The notes beneath the pieces were generated by a model. The model did not search any database. It was not told the origin of the DNA and saw nothing but the letters and a program-made list of their open reading frames with translations. Positions 49,044 to 57,803 of a DNA stretch of 64,000 bases are shown here, piece by piece (the first letter of the stretch is position 1; the number at the start of each line of letters is the position of its first letter). The position numbers and the translations under genes are program-made. Source of the DNA: Chitinophagales bacterium. Lineage in GTDB: Bacteria > Bacteroidota > Bacteroidia > Chitinophagales > Saprospiraceae. The DNA lies in assembly GCA_013298845.1 (NCBI GenBank), contig JAAFJN010000008.1:67823-131822 (forward strand). Reading direction: 5' to 3'.

Positions 49044-49257
49044 GCCTTTGTATCAAATGGAAACCCAATCTACCCCCCAAAGACTGCATATGCGGACGCA
49101 CGCGGCGCATACAACGGTGCCATACAGAAACACCCGACAAGGCCCCTGGCTTTCAATTGTGTTAGCCCTTTAACGGTCAGGCTTGCCTATCGGTTCCCCA
49201 TTTGGTAAAAATTATTAGAATATGGTGCGTTTTGGATATAAAATTACGCCAAAACAC

Positions 49258-49303
49258 AAACAGCCCCGCTGCTGCCTTGCGGGCAACAGCGGGGCTGTTT
49301 GAC
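49258..49303 (-). terminator. rho-independent terminator of the DUF4252 gene
   Basis: 12-bp stem ACAGCCCCGCTG/CAGCGGGGCTGT followed on the minus strand by TTGTGTTTTGG. Confidence 0.65.
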
Positions 49304-49337
49304 TCGTGATAATCAACAATTTTAAAGGCAAATACCC

Positions 49338-49847
49338 TTATGCGCGATCAAATTCAATCGGCATTTTGATTTTTTTGTCGGTTTTGTTGTATTTTTTAAT
49401 GAGTTTGTTGATCTCATTAATTTTAAATTTCCCTTTCAGGCTAATCATAAAAAAGCCGTCTTCGGGGTCATTGACAAAAACAACCACTTTGCGCAGGGCA
49501 TTGCGGCGGTCTTTGGCCAGCACCTGCACCCGGGTTTTACCGTCGCGGATGGTGATAATTTCTTCCAAATGGCGGCGCTTTGCTTTGCGGTTAAATTTGC
49601 GCAAATCGCGTTCGCTCAAAGGGCTGCCGTTTTCGAACACCAACGTGCGCACTTTGTGTACCCGACGGATGAGTTTGCGTTCGTCCTGGTGTTTGGCGAA
49701 CAAAGATCCGGCGCCAATGGCAATGCGCGGAACCGTAAAATTGATACCGCCGTCGTAGTCTTTATACTTCCAGTACAACCATCTGTCCTGTGCCTGTGTG
49801 CCCGTTGCAACGGCTAAAAAAAGCAGAAAAAAAAGGATCTTTTTCAT
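49338..49847 (-). CDS. DUF4252 domain-containing secreted protein
   Basis: About 170 aa with signal peptide; paralogous to the upstream gene; member of a sigma/anti-sigma/DUF4252 cluster typical of Bacteroidetes. Confidence 0.65.
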   Translation of the reverse strand: MKKILFFLLFLAVATGTQAQDRWLYWKYKDYDGGINFTVPRIAIGAGSLFAKHQDERKLIRRVHKVRTLVFENGSPLSERDLRKFNRKAKRRHLEEIITIRDGKTRVQVLAKDRRNALRKVVVFVNDPEDGFFMISLKGKFKINEINKLIKKYNKTDKKIKMPIEFDRA

Positions 49848-50008
49848 AGTCGAGTATTTGTTTTGCGTGTTCGAGGCTGCCCCCGGGAGTTTTTAATTTT
49901 TTTGCGCACCATCAGAGGACTGGAATGCAATTGCCTTGGCAAATATACTCCTTCGTCTCCCGATGGTGCGCTTTGTTTTGTCTAATAGCCTAAAATTTTC
50001 GACGTGTA

Positions 50009-50530
50009 TTAGTCTTTAGATTTCACTTTTTCCAAGTGATTCATGCCCTCTACGTCGAGCGATTTGGACAAACTGGCAATTTTATTCAGGTCAATTTTAC
50101 CGGTAAAACTCAACATGGTAAACTCGCCGGGTTGGCCCACCAGCAACAACAACTCATTGATGGTGTTGTTGGTTTCCTTGATCCAAAACCGCACGTGTTC
50201 GTCGCCATCGCGCACCGTCAGCAGTTCTTCGTATTCGTTTTGGGGAACGCGGCTGAGGGCATCTTTGTACATTTCCAAACCGTTGGACACCGAGTCGGCG
50301 GTAAGTACACGCAAGCCACCCAAATCGGCAATGACGGAGCGTGCTTTTTCCCAATCCGGGTCGGAAGTTTCAATTTTGGCGATCATTTGGAACATTTTGG
50401 GACTGATATACACCACTGTAAAACGTTCATCGTCTTCGTATTTGTTAAAAAAGCGAGCGATAGCATCGTTTTGGGCAAAGGTTGAAAAGGCTGCCAGGAG
50501 GAAGAGGGGCAGCAAAAATAACTTTTTCAT
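50009..50530 (-). CDS. DUF4252 domain-containing secreted protein
   Basis: About 173 aa with signal peptide; similar architecture to 49338-49847. Confidence 0.65.
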   Translation of the reverse strand: MKKLFLLPLFLLAAFSTFAQNDAIARFFNKYEDDERFTVVYISPKMFQMIAKIETSDPDWEKARSVIADLGGLRVLTADSVSNGLEMYKDALSRVPQNEYEELLTVRDGDEHVRFWIKETNNTINELLLLVGQPGEFTMLSFTGKIDLNKIASLSKSLDVEGMNHLEKVKSKD

Positions 50531-50558
50531 AGTTTAGTATTTAGTGTGAAACGATAAG

Positions 50559-51221
50559 TTAAAAATATTGGTCAAAATCAACTTTGGCAAGCGGCTTGGC
50601 CACGTCGCGTTTGCCTTTGTTCATTTTGGAAGCCACCAGTTGAAGGGCGGCTTTTACTTCTTCCAGTGCTTTTTGCGCTTCGGCATCGCTGTACGCTTCG
50701 GCACTGGTTTGTATCGTGGTATCCTCTTTTTCCGGCGCCAGGCGCGGAGCGGATGCTTTTTTCTTCTTTTTAAAGGTTTTTCCCGGGGCCACCGTGGATT
50801 CGGTGGGCGGTGTTACCTGTACCAATTCCGGCTGCGGCGCGGGGGGTACCGGCGCAACGGGTTGGGCAACGTTGGGTTGGGCCACCACTTCGGTCCCGGT
50901 GGTATTGCCGGTATTGTTTTGGGTAAAATACCAGGCGGCGGTGGCAATTAAACCCGTGAGCACGGCGGCGGCGGATAATTTGTACCACATCCGGCTGTGC
51001 GATACCCGGAGCGCCGGGGCGGGTGTAACAAAACGTTCTACCGCTTCGGGGGCAACCACCTGTTGGGCGGACGACAAGGTTTGAAACAGCGGTGCCACGT
51101 CGCGCAGGCGCTCATCCACCTTTCCCGAAAGGAAGTAGGTTTTGAGTTGGCGTTCTTCCGTGAGGGTGGTTTCACCTTCCCAGTAGCGCTCTAACAGTGT
51201 TTCTATTTGTTTGTAATCCAT
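50559..51221 (-). CDS. putative membrane-anchored anti-sigma factor
   Basis: N-terminal anti-sigma-like helical segment, single TM (LSAAAVLTGLIATAAWYF), Pro-rich periplasmic part; directly downstream of the ECF sigma gene. Confidence 0.55.
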   Translation of the reverse strand: MDYKQIETLLERYWEGETTLTEERQLKTYFLSGKVDERLRDVAPLFQTLSSAQQVVAPEAVERFVTPAPALRVSHSRMWYKLSAAAVLTGLIATAAWYFTQNNTGNTTGTEVVAQPNVAQPVAPVPPAPQPELVQVTPPTESTVAPGKTFKKKKKASAPRLAPEKEDTTIQTSAEAYSDAEAQKALEEVKAALQLVASKMNKGKRDVAKPLAKVDFDQYF

Positions 51222-51258
51222 GTTATTTTACTTTTAAAAATGGGTTGGGAAAGGTCAT

Positions 51259-51777
51259 TTACAAAATGTTCATGTCGCTTTTAACCAACATTTGTTCTCT
51301 GATTGCTTTTCTGGCGCGGTGCAGGTTTGTTTTTACTTGATCGAGGGTCATATCGAGGGTTTGCGCAATTTCGTCGTACGTCATTTCCTCAATATCCCGC
51401 AAATGCATGACCAGGCGATGTTTTTCGGGTAATTGCTGCATCATCGTTTTGATGCGTTCGATGGTATCCTGTTGTTCGAGTACAACTGCCGGGCTGTCGG
51501 ACGAAGATTTTGTTTCAGGAACAACTTCTAAGGCCGAGGTTCTGCGAATGTTACGGGAGCGGTTTCGGTCGAGGGAGCGGTTGTGGGTTAAAGTCATACA
51601 CCACGCTTCCCAATTCCTGATTTGTCCCGCCGTTTCCGGCTCTTCCGAGGTTTTCCAAGCCTTTGTCAGCACATCTTGCACCACGTCTTCTGCTTCGTGG
51701 GTGCTTCCGGTGATCCGCAGCGCAAACCGATAAAGTTTGTTGCGTACCGGAAATATATGTTGCTGAAAAATACTCAT
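51259..51777 (-). CDS. RNA polymerase ECF-type sigma-70 factor
   Basis: Region 2 (HEAEDVVQDVLTKAW) and region 4 HTH (MTYDEIAQTLDMTLDQVKTNLHRARKAIRE); ATG at 51777. Confidence 0.85.
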   Translation of the reverse strand: MSIFQQHIFPVRNKLYRFALRITGSTHEAEDVVQDVLTKAWKTSEEPETAGQIRNWEAWCMTLTHNRSLDRNRSRNIRRTSALEVVPETKSSSDSPAVVLEQQDTIERIKTMMQQLPEKHRLVMHLRDIEEMTYDEIAQTLDMTLDQVKTNLHRARKAIREQMLVKSDMNIL

Positions 51778-51860
51778 AAACCTCGTTTGTAGCCTTGTTG
51801 AAAAGAAGACGCCCTGCTGCAAACAATGTTACAGCAGGGCGTTATTTTTTTTAAAAAAAT

Positions 51861-53012
51861 TTATTCCACGATTAATTTTCGGGTACCAACGCGGCCTTCA
51901 GCGGTGGTCACTTGCACAAAATACAGCCCTTTTTGCCAGGAATCCACTTCAAAAACGGTATTTCCGACAATATTTTGCCGTTGTTGCACCAATTGGCCGT
52001 TGCTGTGGAAAATATGCAACTGGCTAAAATCGCCCTGCACCGTAAATTGTCCGTGCGCGGGATTGGGCGTCATCTCAAACGAAAAAGCGGCGGAAGCAAC
52101 TTCGGCGGACGGACTGAGTTCGTCGAGGCGGTATTTGCTCAGGAAGCGCCAAATTTCGCGACTGGCGTTGATATCCAGGTTGGTGACGCCAATGGGGAAA
52201 AACGCGCCCGGCCAGGTGTGACCACCGCCCAGAATCTTGTACAGTTCTACGGTAGTGCCGTTGTCGCCACCGGTGTATACGTAACGTTCGGCGGTGCAGC
52301 CATCCGTGGTGCTGGTATTGGGTACGTTGATTTGGGCGGGGGTAGGGTTGCAGTTGTTTTTGTCCACCCATTTGTCCACGGCATTTTGAACCGACAAGCC
52401 ATTAACTAAGGTAAGCCCGGTGTAAGGCACAACGTCATCGGCGGTGCCGTGAATGTGCATCACAGGGACGGGCCGAGGCGGGTTACAATTATTCATGTAC
52501 GAATTGGTAATTGTACCCGCCACGGCTGCAATGGCCGCAATCCGGTCGTTTAGTTCGCAGGCCAGCGTATGACTCATAAAACCACCGTTACTAAAACCGG
52601 TGCTGTAGATGCGATTGGCGTCAATGTTGTACAAGGTTTGCAGCGTATCCAGGAGGTTGCGCACGAAACCAATATCATCTACGGCATACGGGCCGTTGAA
52701 CACATTCCAGAACGTACTTCCCTGCGCATCAATGGTTCCATTGGGCAATACAACAAGAAAATTCGCCGTGTCGGCAATGTTGTTAAAATTGGCGTAAATC
52801 TCCTGCTGGAGATTATTAGAGGTGTAGCCGTGAAAGTTCAGCAACAAGGGAACGGGGGTGTTCCCGGTGTAAGAAGCCGGTTTGTAGATTCGGTATTCCC
52901 GCACCAAACCCCCACTGACAATGGTGGCATTCGTGGAGATTTGGGCGGAACTGGTTACGTTAAATATAACTACTAAAAGTAAAGAAAGGATATAATAAGT
53001 GCTATTTTTCAT
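51861..53012 (-). CDS. PHB-depolymerase-family esterase (alpha/beta hydrolase) with T9SS C-terminal domain
   Basis: Signal peptide; nucleophile elbow GFSNGG; T9SS tail (…GLYFVQVTTAEGRVGTRKLIVE). Confidence 0.65.
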   Translation of the reverse strand: MKNSTYYILSLLLVVIFNVTSSAQISTNATIVSGGLVREYRIYKPASYTGNTPVPLLLNFHGYTSNNLQQEIYANFNNIADTANFLVVLPNGTIDAQGSTFWNVFNGPYAVDDIGFVRNLLDTLQTLYNIDANRIYSTGFSNGGFMSHTLACELNDRIAAIAAVAGTITNSYMNNCNPPRPVPVMHIHGTADDVVPYTGLTLVNGLSVQNAVDKWVDKNNCNPTPAQINVPNTSTTDGCTAERYVYTGGDNGTTVELYKILGGGHTWPGAFFPIGVTNLDINASREIWRFLSKYRLDELSPSAEVASAAFSFEMTPNPAHGQFTVQGDFSQLHIFHSNGQLVQQRQNIVGNTVFEVDSWQKGLYFVQVTTAEGRVGTRKLIVE

Positions 53013-53035
53013 GCCCTAAAATTAAGGCATTTTTG

Positions 53036-53470
53036 TCAATACCCGGTAATATATTGCTCCAAACTTTGGATTCGGCCTTCTTGCTCTTTAATAATGGCCG
53101 TTACAATATCGCTGATACTCAGGATGCCAACAATTTTCCCGTCCATACTCACGGGCAGGTGCCGAATGCGTTTGGACGACATCATTTCCATACAATCCTG
53201 GATGTTTTGGGTGGCTTTGATGGTAAATACCCCGGCGGTCATCACATCGCTGAGGGTAGTGGTTTTGGCTTTTCGGCCTTGCAAAATACCGCGCCGGGCA
53301 TAATCGCGTTCGGAAAAAATGCCCACCAAATCGGAGCCGTTCATGACCATTACTGCACCGATGTTTTTTTCGGCCATTAATTCGAGGGCTTCGATAACGG
53401 TTTGGTCCGGGTGCATCGCCCATACGTTGTTTTGTGGTTTGCCTTGTAGCAATTGATGTACTGTGAGCAT
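53036..53470 (-). CDS. CBS domain pair protein
   Basis: Two CBS motifs (…AVMVMNGSDLVGIFSERD, …HLPVSMDGKIVGILSISD); ATG at 53470. Confidence 0.8.
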   Translation of the reverse strand: MLTVHQLLQGKPQNNVWAMHPDQTVIEALELMAEKNIGAVMVMNGSDLVGIFSERDYARRGILQGRKAKTTTLSDVMTAGVFTIKATQNIQDCMEMMSSKRIRHLPVSMDGKIVGILSISDIVTAIIKEQEGRIQSLEQYITGY

Positions 53471-53731
53471 AATGTTTCGGTTTATAGATTTTAAAATGAT
53501 GCCGCATTCTACATTTGGCAAAACTACCTTTCGACTGTAAATATATTGCAAGAAAATTTGTTTTTGCAAAATATTTCTTAATTTTTTTTCAAAAAAACTT
53601 TTTTTGGTATTTTGGGGGAATATTTTTTTGGCGAAAAGCCTAAAATTTATTTTTTGTTTGGCGAGAAAAGAATGATTTATCTTCGCCGGGATAGAAACAC
53701 ATCACTCACAACGTAACCTGTCCCGCGTACC

Positions 53732-54649
53732 ATGTTCCAACTCGATACTACTTCATTTGGCCCGTACACCCTATATACAATTAGTCACCCGGCCAGTGGC
53801 CACCGTTTTTCGGTAGTGCCCGAAAAAGGCGGCACTTTGCTCGATTTGTGGTTTCACGGAGCCTCGGTATTGGACGGATACGCCACGCCGGAGGAGTTAG
53901 ACGAAGCCAAGTGGGGCAAATCGGCCATTTTATTTCCGTTCCCCAACCGCCTGCGGGATGGTAGTTACACTTGGCAGGGCAACGAGTACCAGTTTCCCAT
54001 CAACAACGCCGCTACGGGCAACGCCATTCACGGGTTTGCCCGGCAGTTTCCTTTTCAAATCACCGATATCACCACTACTGAACACGAAGGCGGTTGTACC
54101 CTGGTATTCGATTACGACGGGCATTTGCCGTATTATCCGTTCGCCTGCCGTTTGGATGTGCGGTTTGTGCTGAGCAGCGACGGTGTTTTTAGCACCACCG
54201 TGCGCATGGAAAACAAACACCAAGCGGCCATTCCCGCCGGGTTTGGCTGGCACCCGTATTTCCGCCTCAGCCCCGATGCGGTGGATAGTTCCGCTTTTTC
54301 GCTCACGGCCTGCCAAAAAGTGGGCATTGACGAGCGTATGATTCCCACCGGCGACCGCAGCACCTACGATACTTTTGTAACCGAAAAAGGGATTACCGAT
54401 ACGGTATTGGACAATTGTTTTTACTTCGAGAACGATATTACGGCGGTATTGCGGCACGGCGACCGCACCTTGCGCATGGACGTTCCGGCGGCGCAGTTCC
54501 CGTATTTTCAGGTATTTACGCCCCCGCACCGCACCAGTGTGGCGTTTGAACCCATGACCTGCAACATCAATGCTTTTAACAATGGCGATGGTTTATTACA
54601 CCTCGAAGCGGGTGAAGTTTGGGAGGGGACATTTGTTTGTCGGGGGTAG
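53732..54649 (+). CDS. aldose 1-epimerase (galactose mutarotase-like) family protein
   Basis: Mutarotase-like His/Glu pattern (…HGF ... GWHPYF ... FEPMT). Confidence 0.65.
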   Translation: MFQLDTTSFGPYTLYTISHPASGHRFSVVPEKGGTLLDLWFHGASVLDGYATPEELDEAKWGKSAILFPFPNRLRDGSYTWQGNEYQFPINNAATGNAIHGFARQFPFQITDITTTEHEGGCTLVFDYDGHLPYYPFACRLDVRFVLSSDGVFSTTVRMENKHQAAIPAGFGWHPYFRLSPDAVDSSAFSLTACQKVGIDERMIPTGDRSTYDTFVTEKGITDTVLDNCFYFENDITAVLRHGDRTLRMDVPAAQFPYFQVFTPPHRTSVAFEPMTCNINAFNNGDGLLHLEAGEVWEGTFVCRG

Positions 54650-54728
54650 TGGATTTTTTTTAGAAAAAATGGAACCAAAAACCTTCAACAATGTTACCTA
54701 ATTAGGTACCTTTGTATAAAATTAAACG

Positions 54729-54968
54729 TATGCCGGAGATTGACAGAATATCAGGTATTCGCATCTGCGTATTTAGCCGCGATCATCTACCACCTCATTT
54801 TCATGCTTTTTTGGCGAATACGAAGCTTTGATTAGCATTCGAGAGGGTAGTATCATTGCGGGGGAACTCCCTCGCAAAAAACTACGTCAGACACTGGAAT
54901 ACCTTGAACAGAATCAGGGTGATCTTTTAGAGACATTTTATCAGTTGAATCCCTCATTGAGACAGTAA
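54729..54968 (+). pseudogene. DUF4160-family gene disrupted by a frameshift
   Basis: Frame 1 gives MPEIDRISGIRICVFSRDHLPPHFHAFLANTKL then stop at 54828-54830. Another frame continues LISIREGSIIAGELPRKKLRQTLEYLEQNQGDLLETFYQLNPSLRQ with stop at 54966. The combined sequence matches the DUF4160 pattern (DH.PPHFH ... G.LP ... V.EW). Confidence 0.6.
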
Positions 54969-54970
54969 TT

Positions 54971-55561
54971 ATGAAAAATTTGCCAAAAATTTCCCGAATA
55001 GTATCCGTAGCACCATTTACGATTACCTTGCTTTGGAATAACTTCGAAGTGCGAGCACTGGACTTTGAGCCTCTTTTTCAAGTTTGGAAAAAAGATAACG
55101 ACGAGAAAATGGCGGCATTAGAAGACTTTGATACTTTTTCCAAGGTAATTGTCTCCGAAAATCATACCCTGGCGTGGCCAAATATTCCGATTACCTTTAC
55201 CTTTAAAGGGAACGAGTTTGTTTCTCCATTAGAATTGGACGCTCAGGAGTTATACCATCGAAGTGTCCTGGTTGAAAAAATTGATACCCCAAATATTGGG
55301 AAAATCGTACGGCAGGCAAGAGAAAAGGCCGGATTAACGCAATTAGAAGTGGCACTCAATGCGGGTACTACTGCAAAATACATTTCACGACTTGAAAACA
55401 ACAAATCTGATATTCAACTCGGCACCTTGCGCAAAATTGCCGAATTAGGTATGAACCAAAAAATATCTATTATTATTGAAGGGGACTTTCAACCGGGCCA
55501 ATCTTCAAAGCCGAAGCCAAAGCCAAGGAAAAAAGCGACGGCTGATCTTCGTAAAACATGA
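54971..55561 (+). CDS. DUF2442-like N-terminal domain fused to an HTH_XRE DNA-binding domain
   Basis: N-terminal about 90 aa resembles DUF2442 (partner of DUF4160); C-terminal LTQLEVALNAGTTAKYISRLENNKSDIQLGTLRKIA is an XRE-type HTH; AT-rich. Confidence 0.55.
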   Translation: MKNLPKISRIVSVAPFTITLLWNNFEVRALDFEPLFQVWKKDNDEKMAALEDFDTFSKVIVSENHTLAWPNIPITFTFKGNEFVSPLELDAQELYHRSVLVEKIDTPNIGKIVRQAREKAGLTQLEVALNAGTTAKYISRLENNKSDIQLGTLRKIAELGMNQKISIIIEGDFQPGQSSKPKPKPRKKATADLRKT

Positions 55562-55649
55562 GTCTGTTGTTGGGATAAAATAGTTTTTCAGCAAAACTTT
55601 TAAAGATACCCCCAGTTTTCATTTAACTTATCGCTTATTAAACGTTTAG

Positions 55650-57026
55650 ATGGTAACCAAAATATTCATTGACGGCTTCAAATCTTTCCAAAACTTTGAA
55701 TTGGAGTTTGCGCCTTTAACTGTTATTGCCGGAGTGAATGCCTCTGGTAAGAGTAATCTGTTTGATGCCCTGACGTTACTATCTAAATTAGCGGAGGTGG
55801 ATAATATAAAAAAGGCATTTAAAGAGCAACGCGGTGAGTTTTCGGAAATGTTTACCCAAATTGATGAAAATGAATACGCCGATAAGATGGAGTTTAAAGT
55901 GGAAATGTTGGTGAATAAAAAGGTGAAAGACGCGTGGGGAAATGAAGCGACCTTAAAATATACCCGGCTCTGTTATCATCTTGTAATTCAACGCATTATC
56001 AACAATTCAAGTATTGAGGACTTGATTGTTATTGAAGAATCGTTAGACCAAATAAAAAACGAAGGAGATAAATGGCGCAGGCGAATTCCAGAAGAAGTTC
56101 GTGCTGCATGGATTCCTGAAGTAGAAACGGCGAAGCAAGAGGAGCCTTTTATGTTAACAAAGACCGAAAATGGAATTCCAACAGTAACGGTATTTCAAGA
56201 TACCCCCCAAAGTAACAGAAGGCTATTTCCGTTGAAAAACTCCAGCCGAACCGTGCTCAGTAGTTTTGACACCGTTGATTTTCCACACGTATTAGCAGTG
56301 AAGGAAGAGATGAAAAGTTGGAAATTTCTTCAACTTAACCCCGCCGAATTAAGAAAACCAACTTCCAAAGAAACCGGAGAAGATGTAGTTGACTCCAGCG
56401 GAAGAAACTTAGCCGCCGCACTTTATCGAATTAAGCAGGAAGATGCTTATAATTTGATCGAAATTTCGAGAAAATTACAAAAGTTTTTGCCCGAATTTAT
56501 TCGGATTGACGTAGAAGACGATAAAGAAAACAAGCAGTTTGTCGTTAAATTAGAAACCCAAGACCATAAAAAGTACTCTTCCCGTGTATTGTCCGAAGGT
56601 ACGCTCCGAATAATGACCCTTTGTATCCTTGATTTTGACAATAAACACACCGGTTTATTGTGTTTTGAAGAACCTGAAAACGGCGTGCACCTCGATAAAA
56701 TAAAAGATATGGCTGAATTATTGGGCGATTTGAGCACCGATTTTACTAATGCCAACTTGCCGCTGCGCCAAGTCATTATCAATACCCATTCTTCCGCCTT
56801 GTTGAATCTATCCAGTAAAATAGAAAACAACAATAAAACCATTATCTATTACGCTGAGATGCAAAATAGAATTATTGACATTGCCAACAAGCGAAGAAAA
56901 ATTAAAATAACCAATATGAAACTGGTGGAAGATAAAGATATGCTGTTATTCGATAGTATGGATGAGAATGAGCAAAAAATCACCAAAGCATTAGCCAAAA
57001 AATATTTAGAAACTTCAACATTTTAA
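55650..57026 (+). CDS. ABC-type AAA family ATPase (AAA_15/AAA_21, OLD/RecF-like)
   Basis: Walker A GVNASGKSN at N-terminus, ABC signature LSEGTLRIM, Walker B LLCFEEPE, H-loop NTHS; 458 aa; AT-rich. Confidence 0.8.
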   Translation: MVTKIFIDGFKSFQNFELEFAPLTVIAGVNASGKSNLFDALTLLSKLAEVDNIKKAFKEQRGEFSEMFTQIDENEYADKMEFKVEMLVNKKVKDAWGNEATLKYTRLCYHLVIQRIINNSSIEDLIVIEESLDQIKNEGDKWRRRIPEEVRAAWIPEVETAKQEEPFMLTKTENGIPTVTVFQDTPQSNRRLFPLKNSSRTVLSSFDTVDFPHVLAVKEEMKSWKFLQLNPAELRKPTSKETGEDVVDSSGRNLAAALYRIKQEDAYNLIEISRKLQKFLPEFIRIDVEDDKENKQFVVKLETQDHKKYSSRVLSEGTLRIMTLCILDFDNKHTGLLCFEEPENGVHLDKIKDMAELLGDLSTDFTNANLPLRQVIINTHSSALLNLSSKIENNNKTIIYYAEMQNRIIDIANKRRKIKITNMKLVEDKDMLLFDSMDENEQKITKALAKKYLETSTF

Positions 57027-57032
57027 GGCAAT

Positions 57033-57704
57033 ATGGCTGCGCAAATTTTCATTGGCATCTTTGCCGAAGGCACTACCGACCTTGCATTTTTAGAGCCTGT
57101 TGTCGAAAAAACATTTAACGATATACTTTATCGTGAATGCCAAGGGGTGTACGATCCAATCATTGAAAAGATCATGATTACTAAAACAGGAAAAAGTTTT
57201 ATAGAACAAGTGGAAGCCGCGTCTCAACAAGGCTTTGATGAGTTTGGAATGATGATTCTTTGCGTGCACACGGATGCAGATGCCCCCTCGGCGGCAGACA
57301 CCTATGCGCACAAAATAACCCCAATGCTCCATCAACTCACAGCGTTGGACACCTCCGAATATTGCAAAAACATCGTTCCAATTATTCCCATTTATGAAAC
57401 GGAGTCCTGGATGTTGGCCGATAAGTCCTTGTTTAAAGAACAGATTGGAACGGACAAAAGTGATGCCGACCTTGGTATTTCGGGAAACCCTGAACATTTA
57501 AACCAACCCAAGGAGGCCATTGAAAATGCTATCCGTCTGGCACTGGAAAACTATCCTAAAAGACGACGCAATCTGACAATAAGAGATTTGTATAGTCCAA
57601 TCGGCGCGGCTTTGACCGTTAGTGAATTAGAGCCATTCTCTTCGTTTCAAGATTTTAAAAACCACGCACGCACGGCATTACGCGCTCTCAATGTCTTGCA
57701 TTAA
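57033..57704 (+). CDS. Toprim-like small protein (DUF4276-like) forming an operon with the ATPase
   Basis: 6-nt gap after the ATPase gene; IFAEGTTD (EGxxD) near the N-terminus and HTDADAP (DxD) about 60 aa later resemble Toprim catalytic motifs. Confidence 0.55.
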   Translation: MAAQIFIGIFAEGTTDLAFLEPVVEKTFNDILYRECQGVYDPIIEKIMITKTGKSFIEQVEAASQQGFDEFGMMILCVHTDADAPSAADTYAHKITPMLHQLTALDTSEYCKNIVPIIPIYETESWMLADKSLFKEQIGTDKSDADLGISGNPEHLNQPKEAIENAIRLALENYPKRRRNLTIRDLYSPIGAALTVSELEPFSSFQDFKNHARTALRALNVLH

Positions 57705-57803
57705 AAACGATTGCGCCCACACATTCCCCGCCGCTACACAATCTACTCCAAAAACTACCAATTCTTTCGTACTTTTGCGACCCGAAACTTCTAACAGGTT
57801 CAC

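Noticed and set aside
48941-49100. Two canonical tRNA genes on the minus strand, suggested by two GGTTCGAnTCC T-arms about 70 nt apart
   Set aside because: No acceptor-stem complementarity in canonical order for any 72-90 nt window. Anticodon arms are absent. The arrangement of T-arm, acceptor-like hairpin and D-arm is permuted, so these were reported as tRNA-like ncRNA modules instead.
48650-49337. tmRNA (SsrA) or RNase P RNA in the large ORF-free region containing tRNA-like arms
   Set aside because: No tag-peptide reading frame ending in …ALAA-stop. No GGGG…/…CCACCA acceptor pairing. No RNase P CR-I/CR-IV/CR-V conserved blocks (only a loose ACAGAAAC resemblance).
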